NCBI GenBank assembly: GCA_963682135.1
Contig: OY821645.1
Location: 2,528,001-2,592,000, forward strand
DNA: 64,000 bases
Direction of reading: 5' to 3'
Source: Methanothrix sp.
GTDB taxonomy: Archaea > Halobacteriota > Methanosarcinia > Methanotrichales > Methanotrichaceae
Under the pieces are notes generated by a model. That model did no database searches. It saw only the letters and a list, made by a program, of their open reading frames with translations, and was not told the origin of the DNA. Positions 56,782 to 64,000 of the stretch are shown here, one piece after another (positions within the stretch are counted from its first letter, which is position 1; the number at the start of each line of letters is the position of its first letter). A program made the translations under genes and the position numbers.

Positions 56782-57227
56782 AATGTCACCTTATCGATCT
56801 TGTTCTTGAGAGGATTTGGGTTATGGGTGGCCTTGGCCACGATCTTCTCAGCAGGATAGTCGATGCTCTCCCCCAGAGCCTCGGCATTCTTGCCGAATAC
56901 CACTGCAAAAAGCCTGGCGCGGGAGATGGCGGAAAATGTTGCCCCGTAGGTCATACCCGCATCGCTGTGCATGAAAGCGAAGCATACGTCAAAGTCGACC
57001 TTCTTTTCCACGACGTCGCCAATCAGCTCGTCCAGATCGACCGTCTTTTGCACATAATAGCTCTCCGGATCGGCCACCTTGAGCAACTTGACGGCTGCGT
57101 CCGTACCGGCCACGGTTACATCCCAGCCGGATTTTTCCAGCTTATGGGTGAGGTAGATCACCATGCTCATCTGCACCGGCACTTCCGGACAGCCCATCAC
57201 CAACAGCGCCTTTTTGCCTTCGCTCAT
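56778..57227 (-). CDS. DUF1890 family protein
   Basis: LLVMGCPEVPVQ, ADPESYY, FMHSDAG, HNPNPL. Confidence 0.82.
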   Translation of the reverse strand: MSEGKKALLVMGCPEVPVQMSMVIYLTHKLEKSGWDVTVAGTDAAVKLLKVADPESYYVQKTVDLDELIGDVVEKKVDFDVCFAFMHSDAGMTYGATFSAISRARLFAVVFGKNAEALGESIDYPAEKIVAKATHNPNPLKNKIDKVTL

Positions 57228-57277
57228 ATCTTCCATCTCCTGGGCTAGATTACAATTATTCCTATTAATACTCACTA

Positions 57278-58009
57278 TCAATGCCCACTATCCGAACACT
57301 CTTGACAGGCAGCATTGCGCTCGTAGGCCATCTCATCCAGGCAGCCGTTTAGCCCATCCCAGAGCAAGAGGCGGTTCTCCAGAAGCTGGCCTGCGCCTGT
57401 AACGTACTTCACTGCTTCAGTCACCTGAATGGAGCCGATCACACCGCATGTGGAGCCCAGAGCGGGAAAGACCGATGCCGGAGGTGCTCTGGGAAAGATG
57501 CATGAAAGGCAGGCAGTCTTGCCGGGAATGATGGTGGTAGCCTGGCCCTGGTAGCCGCTGATGGCCCCGTGAAAGAGCGGAATCTCTCTCTCTAAAGCCG
57601 CCCGGTTCAGTAGGTATCGAACCGGGAAGTTGTCCATGCCGTCCATGATCAGGTCGCATCCTTGCAGGAGCTGGTCGATATTCTCTTCAGAGATGGTCTC
57701 CACCAGCGCCTCCACTTCGATCTCCGGGTTGATGGCGGTTAAGCTTTCATAAGCCGACTGTGCCTTGGCCCGGCCCAGGTCGGCGCTGGCATGCAGTATC
57801 TGTCGGTTGAGGTTGGAGAGCTCCACAGAGTCGCAGTCGCAGATGCGAATTTTGCCAAAACCAGCAGCCGCCATGTAGAGGGATATGACGGAGCCGAGGC
57901 CGCCGGCTCCTGCTATGAAGACGCTGGTTCTCTTGAGCTTCTCCTGCCCCTCCTCGCCAAAGAGGCGGATCTGGCGGGAGTATCTCTTCTTCTCGCCGTC
58001 ACTTAGCAT
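57278..58009 (-). CDS. ThiF/MoeB/UbaA E1-like adenylyltransferase
   Basis: RYSRQI, GAGGLGS, SNLNRQ, DNFPVR, CLSC and CQEC zinc motifs. Confidence 0.95.
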   Translation of the reverse strand: MLSDGEKKRYSRQIRLFGEEGQEKLKRTSVFIAGAGGLGSVISLYMAAAGFGKIRICDCDSVELSNLNRQILHASADLGRAKAQSAYESLTAINPEIEVEALVETISEENIDQLLQGCDLIMDGMDNFPVRYLLNRAALEREIPLFHGAISGYQGQATTIIPGKTACLSCIFPRAPPASVFPALGSTCGVIGSIQVTEAVKYVTGAGQLLENRLLLWDGLNGCLDEMAYERNAACQECSDSGH

Positions 58010-58082
58010 GGCTTTTCGCTCCAGATTCTCGTAGTAGTAATAGTCAATCTAGATTGGCCTTGGGCCTTCAATTTCATCATTT

Positions 58083-58277
58083 CTAACCGCCGTGCACAAA
58101 GCGCACTATCTTCAGTTCGTCGGAGCCGCCGGCAGTCTCCTCCTCCGGGACGATCTTGCCGTTCTTGGCCACGATGACCTCTTCGGGATTGATGCCCAGA
58201 TGCTTGAGGATGTCCTCGATGCGAGCATCATCCTGGTTGATTTCTCTTCTGCTCCCATCCGGCAAGATGATCAACAT
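58083..58277 (-). CDS. ThiS/SAMP2-like small ubiquitin-like protein
   Basis: 64 aa beta-grasp pattern ending VHGG. Confidence 0.9.
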   Translation of the reverse strand: MLIILPDGSRREINQDDARIEDILKHLGINPEEVIVAKNGKIVPEEETAGGSDELKIVRFVHGG

Positions 58278-58592
58278 TTTCTTCTCCTATTCTCCTGCAT
58301 CAGTTCTACTGGGCAGTTCTGGTGCAAAATGGTTATGGTGACCCGAACGGGCGCGCGCTCCTTGCGTGCGGCTGCGTCCGCGGACGTGCACATTGGCGCG
58401 CGACTGCTGGTGAGAGCGCACTATTTGTATGCACGAACCTAAAGGGTGCGTTCTATGTTCACAATTGTGAATAGTGCATTAGTGGCTGGTTTGCTATTTA
58501 AGAGTTAAGGATGGGGCAAGGATGAGCGACCTTGATTATATAAATCTCAACAAAAACAGAAACCTCTGATAGGACAGGACCGAAACCTTTTT

Positions 58593-58630
58593 GGTTTACA
58601 AAGTCTCTATTATTACTAACTATGTAAACC
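58593..58630. promoter_or_regulatory. Inverted repeat upstream of the XRE-ImmA gene (possible autoregulatory operator)
   Basis: GGTTTACA-N22-TGTAAACC immediately before the RBS. Confidence 0.5.
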
Positions 58631-58642
58631 GAGGTGCTGACC

Positions 58643-59719
58643 ATGAGTATTGGAGAGCGCATTAAACAGGGCAGACAAATTCGAGGCTTAAGCCAGCGTG
58701 AGCTAGCCAAGGCCGCAGGAGTCAGCGCTCAAGCCATATCCAAGTATGAGCGGGATCTGGATGTCCCGGGCTCGGGAGTTCTTATCCGTCTCTGCAAGGC
58801 TCTTGATGTAGGTGTAGAATTCTTTATTCGACCGCATCGTATCTCTCGCATCAGTCCCAGCTTTCGCAAACATTGTTCTCTTTCTCGTAAGGATGAAGGT
58901 GCCGTCATCGCAAGAATTCGCGATTGGCTGGAGAAGTATCTGGAGATCGAAAGCATACTCTTCCCGGATGAGAGGGATTTTTCGTTTCAATATCCTGCAG
59001 GATTCCCCCGCAAGATCAAATCCTTTGACGATGTAGAAGCGGCTGCGGTGGATCTGCGCGAGGCATGGGATTTAGGACTTGATTGCATTGAGAACCTGAC
59101 GAGCCTTCTGGAAGATAAGGGCATAAAGGTAGGAATCGTAGATGCAGATGATGATTTTTATGCATGCACTTTCGATGCTGAGGATGACCGAAGGATAATG
59201 GTAATAGTAGTCCGTAGCGGCATTCCAGGAGATCGACAGCGTTTCAGCCTGGCTCATGAGCTAGGTCATTTGATGCTGGAGACTAAAGATGGCCTGGACC
59301 CGGAGAAGGCTGCTAATCGCTTTGCAGGAGCTTTTCTAGTTCCAAAAGCAGCGGTGAAATTCGAACTTCGTAATATAAGAAGAACTATCGGAGACTACGA
59401 GTTGCACATGCTCAAGGATAAATACGGTCTGAGCATGCAGGCCTGGGTCTTCCGGGCCAGGGACCTCGGCTTTATTTCAGAAGAGAGGGCTATAGCGCTC
59501 TTTAGAAGATTCAGAGCCAACGGATGGCACATGAAGGAACCGGGAGAATCCTATCCTTTCGAAAAGCCCATGCGTTTTACGAGGCTGGTTATGGGATCTC
59601 TGGCCGAAGGAATTATCTCAGAGAATCGGGCATCTGAGCTGCTCGGAAAGCCGATGCAATTATTCCTTTCCGAAGTGAAAGAGGAGCATGGGGGCCTTCT
59701 CGCTGCGGTGTGTAACTGA
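58643..59719 (+). CDS. XRE-type HTH fused to ImmA/IrrE metallopeptidase
   Basis: GLSQRELAKAAGVSAQAISKYE; RQRFSLAHELGH (HExxH); EKAANRFAGAFL. Confidence 0.93.
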   Translation: MSIGERIKQGRQIRGLSQRELAKAAGVSAQAISKYERDLDVPGSGVLIRLCKALDVGVEFFIRPHRISRISPSFRKHCSLSRKDEGAVIARIRDWLEKYLEIESILFPDERDFSFQYPAGFPRKIKSFDDVEAAAVDLREAWDLGLDCIENLTSLLEDKGIKVGIVDADDDFYACTFDAEDDRRIMVIVVRSGIPGDRQRFSLAHELGHLMLETKDGLDPEKAANRFAGAFLVPKAAVKFELRNIRRTIGDYELHMLKDKYGLSMQAWVFRARDLGFISEERAIALFRRFRANGWHMKEPGESYPFEKPMRFTRLVMGSLAEGIISENRASELLGKPMQLFLSEVKEEHGGLLAAVCN

Positions 59720-60173
59720 CAGCAATATCTGGATAGACCTTTACAGAGGCGGCCTCATAGAAAAGGCGCTTCGCCTTCCGATGGAGTTGATAGCGCCGGA
59801 CGTTGTTATTGAAGAATTACATACGCCTGATGGAAAATACCTCGTGAGCCTTGGACTGCGGGTCCTGGAGCTATCCGGACAGCAAGTTCTCAAGGTGCTG
59901 GATCTGGCTGAGCGTTATGCTCGGCCATCTCGTCAGGATCTTTTCGCTCTTGTTCTGGCCAAGGAGATAAAAGCCGTGCTTTTAACGGGAGACGGCAGCC
60001 TGCGCGAAGCGGCAGAGAGAGAAGGAGTGCAGGTGCATGGAACTATATGGCTTCTGGATCAGATGGTAGAGCATGAGATCATCGATACGCAGGAGAGGGC
60101 AGCATCACTCAAGCTCATGGTCGAGTCTGGGAGCAGGCTGCCTTGGGAAGAGATCAGAGACAGATTGGAGTAG
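59688..60173 (+). CDS. PIN-domain protein (DUF3368-like)
   Basis: VTDSNIWIDL, SRQD..AL.LA, LLTGD..LR, VHGTIWL; overlaps the upstream gene. Confidence 0.85.
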   Translation: MGAFSLRCVTDSNIWIDLYRGGLIEKALRLPMELIAPDVVIEELHTPDGKYLVSLGLRVLELSGQQVLKVLDLAERYARPSRQDLFALVLAKEIKAVLLTGDGSLREAAEREGVQVHGTIWLLDQMVEHEIIDTQERAASLKLMVESGSRLPWEEIRDRLE

Positions 60174-60327
60174 GCAACACTGCAGTTCACTCCAGAATGT
60201 GTTAATGCTCATCAGTTGAGAAGAGTGGTGTTTAGAATAAGTCGTCCATGATGGCGGGGTTGGATTTAAGTAGCTGAAAATGGTCTCTTTCCTCGGATTA
60301 ACTAAATAAATTTCAGGGTGATTAATT

Positions 60328-61584
60328 TTGCATAAAAGCGTAGTCAAGGATCCAAGTCTCGCCGCAGAAGGAGAAAAGCGCATTGAATGGGCGCGAAGGC
60401 ACATGCCCGTTTTAGAGAAGATCAAAGAGGAGTTCGAGAGGGAAAAGCCTCTCAAAGGTGCGCGCATTGTGGCCTGCCTGCATGTCACAGTGGAGACGGC
60501 CAACCTCATCACCACCCTCGTGGCCGGCGGGGCCGAGGTGGCGGTCACCGGCTCCAATCCCCTCTCGACACAGGATGAGGTGGCTGCGGCCTTAGCGGCG
60601 CGGGGCCTTTATGTCTATGCCTTCCGGGGCGAGAACGAGCAGGAGTACTACGACTGCATCAAGAAAGCCCTGGACCTGCGGCCCAACGTCAGTCTGGACG
60701 ACGGCGCCGATACCATCGCCATCATCCACAAGGAGCAGCCTGAGCTTGCCGCGCAGATGTTCGGCGGCTGCGAGGAGACCACCACCGGTGTCGTGCGGCT
60801 GCGGGCCATGGCAGAAGACAATGCCCTGCTCTATCCGGTCATCGCCGTCAACGATGCCGAGACCAAGATGATGTTTGATAACCGCTACGGCACCGGCCAG
60901 AGCACTCTGCACGGCATCATGCAGGCCACCAACTTCTTGTTCGCTGGAAAGACGGTGGTCGTGGCCGGCTACGGCTGGTGCGGCCGGGGATTTGCCATGC
61001 GCGCCCGTGGCCTGGGAGCAAATGTTATCGTAGTTGAGATCGAGCCGAGAAAAGCCCTGGAGGCAGCCATGGACGGCTATGGCGTCATGCCCATGCACAA
61101 GGCCGCGCCGCTGGGAGATCTCTTTGTCACGCTCACCGGCGACATAAACGTGATTCGAGCGGAGCACTTCTCCCAGATGAAGGACCAGGCAGTCCTTGCC
61201 AACAGCGGCCACTTCAATGTGGAGATCGACATCCCAGCTCTGGAAAAGATGGCCGCGGAAAAAGCAGAGGTGCAAAACAATGTCACCGAGTACAAACTGC
61301 CCGATGGGCGCCGGCTTTACCTGCTGGCAGAAGGCCGGCTGATCAATCTGGCTGCTGCTTACGGCCATCCACCAGAGGTCATGGATATGTCCTTTGCCAA
61401 TCAGGCGTTGGCAGTGCGCTACATAGTGGAGCACGGCAGAAAGCTGGAGAAAAAGGTCTATGCCGTACCCGTGGAGATCGATCGCAGGGTAGCACAGCTC
61501 AAGCTGGCCTCCATGGGTCTGGAGACGGAAAAGCTTACCGCGGAGCAGGACAAATATCTGCATAGCTGGCAAATGGGAACTTAA
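60328..61584 (+). CDS. ahcY: S-adenosylhomocysteine (or S-inosylhomocysteine) hydrolase
   Basis: [54 protein letters not shown]. Confidence 0.97.
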   Translation: MHKSVVKDPSLAAEGEKRIEWARRHMPVLEKIKEEFEREKPLKGARIVACLHVTVETANLITTLVAGGAEVAVTGSNPLSTQDEVAAALAARGLYVYAFRGENEQEYYDCIKKALDLRPNVSLDDGADTIAIIHKEQPELAAQMFGGCEETTTGVVRLRAMAEDNALLYPVIAVNDAETKMMFDNRYGTGQSTLHGIMQATNFLFAGKTVVVAGYGWCGRGFAMRARGLGANVIVVEIEPRKALEAAMDGYGVMPMHKAAPLGDLFVTLTGDINVIRAEHFSQMKDQAVLANSGHFNVEIDIPALEKMAAEKAEVQNNVTEYKLPDGRRLYLLAEGRLINLAAAYGHPPEVMDMSFANQALAVRYIVEHGRKLEKKVYAVPVEIDRRVAQLKLASMGLETEKLTAEQDKYLHSWQMGT

Positions 61585-61605
61585 AAGGATAAAATAAGGA
61601 GTGTC

Positions 61606-62697
61606 TTGGCCTTGGATCTAAAAAGAGGTAACCTGGAAGCATATCTGCAGAGCCTTTACGGGCGGGATTTATCGCTCCTCAGCACTCGCAAGATGGGTGA
61701 GACCATAGCTACCACTGAGGACGTGAAAGGATTCGGATACGGATCGCCTCTGCTGGCGGAGTACGAGATAAAAGGAAAGAAAGGCTCAGCCGTGCTCTCC
61801 TCCATGCGCGTGCAGCATGGCTTTGGCCACGACCACTTCTCCGACCGGGCAGGGATTATGATCTGGCAGAATTCAACCTTTGCCAGCCTCCCCAAACACG
61901 TTCCATCTCTCGATGTGGGATATTTCACGGAAAAAGGCAAACTGGTCTCGGCGGGAGACGCTCGCGAATACTTCCTGCTCATGGAGAAGATTGAGGGAAA
62001 AGAGTACTTCTTTGACCTGGAGCGAGTGAAAGAGCAGGGCGCAACCGACTTGGACTTTGAGCGGGTCATGGCGCTCTCCAATTACCTGGCAGAGATTCAT
62101 GCCGTCAAGAACGACTGCCCTCCCCTCTATCAGCGCAAGATCCGGGAGACGGTGGGAAGCGGTGAGTGCATCTTCGGCATCCTGGACGACTATCCGGATA
62201 GTCCGAGCTTCCTCGACCCGGATGAGCTGCAAGATATCGAGAAGATCTGCGTAGAGTGGCGCTGGATGCTGCGCAGTAAAGCCAGCCGGCTCTGCCAGGT
62301 GCATGGCGACTTCCACCCCTGGAATATAATGTTTCGGGAGGGCGCAGACTTCTCTGTGCTGGACAGAAGCCGGGGAGAGTGGGGCGAGGCTGCGGATGAT
62401 ATCACCGCTCTTGCCATGAACTACATATTCTATTCCGTGCAAAAGAGCTTGCGCCTGACTGGAGACCTGAAAGATCTCTTCGAATTGTTCTTCGAAAACT
62501 ACCTGGAAAAGACGGGTGACGAAGAGCTGCTGGAGGTCATCGCGCCATTCTTTGCCTTCCGGGCAGTGGTTGTAGCCAGCCCCACATGGTATCCGCTGCT
62601 TTCCGATGACGTGAGACGAGCGCTCTTTAATTTCCTGGAGAACGTCCTGGGCTCCAAGAAGTTCAATTACAGGGATGTGAACAGCTACCTGGACTGA
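61606..62697 (+). CDS. Aminoglycoside/choline-kinase-like phosphotransferase
   Basis: HGDFHPWN catalytic loop, LDRSRG, LAEIH. Confidence 0.85.
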   Translation: MALDLKRGNLEAYLQSLYGRDLSLLSTRKMGETIATTEDVKGFGYGSPLLAEYEIKGKKGSAVLSSMRVQHGFGHDHFSDRAGIMIWQNSTFASLPKHVPSLDVGYFTEKGKLVSAGDAREYFLLMEKIEGKEYFFDLERVKEQGATDLDFERVMALSNYLAEIHAVKNDCPPLYQRKIRETVGSGECIFGILDDYPDSPSFLDPDELQDIEKICVEWRWMLRSKASRLCQVHGDFHPWNIMFREGADFSVLDRSRGEWGEAADDITALAMNYIFYSVQKSLRLTGDLKDLFELFFENYLEKTGDEELLEVIAPFFAFRAVVVASPTWYPLLSDDVRRALFNFLENVLGSKKFNYRDVNSYLD

Positions 62698-62701
62698 AAG
62701 G

Positions 62702-63700
62702 ATGAAGACTTATGCCTTTGAGCTGTCTGGTGAGCATGAAACCCTGCCAAGAAGCGAGGCTCTCGCCCTGGTGGAGATCAACTCCACCCGTTTTTCACAG
62801 GTCGCCTTTCTGGACCAGTGCCTGATAGTGGAGGCGGAAGACCTCGATGTGCAAATGGTGGCCAGTCGTCTGGCCATGACCCATCGCATCATAGAGGTGC
62901 TGGCGATCTGCGACGCAAACCTGGAGGCACTTGGGAGGGCTGTAAGCCAACTGGTGCTGCCCCATGAAAGATATCTGGTCAGAGCCCGGCGCATCAAGGA
63001 TGCTGCTCCAGCGGCTGATGCCGTAGAGCGCGAGGTGGGGCGCATCCTTTTTCAAAGAGGCTATAAAGCGGACCTGAAAAGGCCGGAGATGGTTCTGCGA
63101 GCCGTCATCACCTCCGCAAGAATCGTATTGGGGCGCGAGGCTGCCGGATGTGATAGAAGTTCCTTTGAGGCACGCCGGCCTCACCTCAAGCCTTTTTTCC
63201 ATCCCGGTGTGCTTATGCCGCGCATGGCCCGCTCGCTCATCAACCTCACCCAGGCTCAAGCGGGCGAGATGCTGCTCGATCCCTTTGCCGGAACTTGCGG
63301 CATCCTGATCGAAGCCTGCTTGATCGGCATACAGGGGCTGGGCATAGAGGTTCAGGCCCGCCTGGTCAAGGGTGCTCTATGCAATTTGCAGTCGCTGGAC
63401 TGCTCTCTTTTATTAGGGGACGCTAAGTGCTTGCCATTGCAAGACTCATCCATCGATGCTGCTGTTCTGGATATACCCTACGGAAGGTCTGCCAAGATTC
63501 TGGCAAAGTCAAAAGATTTCCTCTTGCAGGAAAGTCTAAGGGAACTCTTCCGGGTAATCAAGCGTGGACGACGCATGGTAATCGTGGCGGACAGCTCGAT
63601 TGACGGCGTGCTCGCGAATGCCGGCTTCGAGATAATGCAAAAGCATACAGACCGCGTGCATGGAAGCCTGACGCGACAAATATTCCTCTGTCGCAGATGA
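62702..63700 (+). CDS. tRNA m2G10 methyltransferase (Trm11/Trm-G10, THUMP + MTase)
   Basis: FELSGEH, KPFFHPG...PRMAR, DPFAGT.GIL, DIPYGRS, VHGSLTR. Confidence 0.9.
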   Translation: MKTYAFELSGEHETLPRSEALALVEINSTRFSQVAFLDQCLIVEAEDLDVQMVASRLAMTHRIIEVLAICDANLEALGRAVSQLVLPHERYLVRARRIKDAAPAADAVEREVGRILFQRGYKADLKRPEMVLRAVITSARIVLGREAAGCDRSSFEARRPHLKPFFHPGVLMPRMARSLINLTQAQAGEMLLDPFAGTCGILIEACLIGIQGLGIEVQARLVKGALCNLQSLDCSLLLGDAKCLPLQDSSIDAAVLDIPYGRSAKILAKSKDFLLQESLRELFRVIKRGRRMVIVADSSIDGVLANAGFEIMQKHTDRVHGSLTRQIFLCRR

Positions 63701-63729
63701 TGCTAAAATGGTGATGAAAAGAGGCTTCT

Positions 63730-63999
63730 CTAGGCCTCTGCTGCCTCATAGTCGGTATCGATGGTGTCCTGTAGGCCATCCTCGGTATGGGCTGTAACCA
63801 TGCGCTCGGAGACGTCCTGATCGGAGAGTATCTCCAAGAAACGCTTTGTATATCCATCCCTCTCCGATGCTTTCTGGCTGTCGAAGATATTCCTGTACTC
63901 TGATATGGTAGAGGGAGCTACTCTCAGAATTCCGGCCATCTCTTTTACGGATTTGCTGGCCTGCGTTAGGCGGAGAAAATCATCCTTGTCGAAAGGAGG
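63730..63999 (-). CDS. Hypothetical protein, C-terminal part with possible HTH (5' end outside window)
   Basis: Frame is open to the window edge: PPFDKDDFLRLTQASKSVKEMAGILRVAPSTISEYR. Confidence 0.55.
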   Translation of the reverse strand, partial: PPFDKDDFLRLTQASKSVKEMAGILRVAPSTISEYRNIFDSQKASERDGYTKRFLEILSDQDVSERMVTAHTEDGLQDTIDTDYEAAEA

Positions 64000-64000
64000 C

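Noticed and set aside
60592-61572. 326 aa minus-strand ORF
   Set aside because: Antisense shadow of ahcY.
61606-62697. Aminoglycoside resistance gene
   Set aside because: Only the general APH-like fold is supported; the housekeeping context argues against a resistance function.

Overview
A 64 kb window of a methanogenic archaeal chromosome. Gene content (GvpD-like ATPase, soluble MtxA/MtxH, DUF1890/DUF1894/DUF1699, PGF-CTERM-like and Cys-motif secreted proteins, CooS/CooF) points to Methanothrix (Methanosaeta); this assignment is inferred, not verified by search. Housekeeping genes include UbiD and AcnX mevalonate-pathway enzymes, ftsZ, glnA, dapF, hexulose-phosphate synthase, secDF, two tRNA methyltransferases, ahcY and a SAMP/MoaD-MoaE-UbaA cluster. 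Notable blocks: (i) a three-gene glutamate synthase translationally coupled to a Cys-type formate dehydrogenase and two ferredoxin-like subunits; (ii) a ~17 kb NikR-anchored metal-uptake island (Opp/Nik-type and Fec/Btu-type ABC systems, two SAM methyltransferases, two flavin reductase-like proteins, CooC, secreted FmdE, TsaA-like, SPFH); (iii) a Cas4-like nuclease split over two overlapping genes, each half with a transmembrane helix, upstream of a degenerate secreted thermonuclease homologue, with no CRISPR array in the window; (iv) toxin-antitoxin loci where HicA and HEPN toxins are gutted by internal deletions while the antitoxins stay intact, one of several clean internal deletions in the window; (v) a short IS200/IS605-type end with hairpins. 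No rRNA, tRNA or CRISPR array was recognised. All family calls come from motif recognition by eye; no database search was run.
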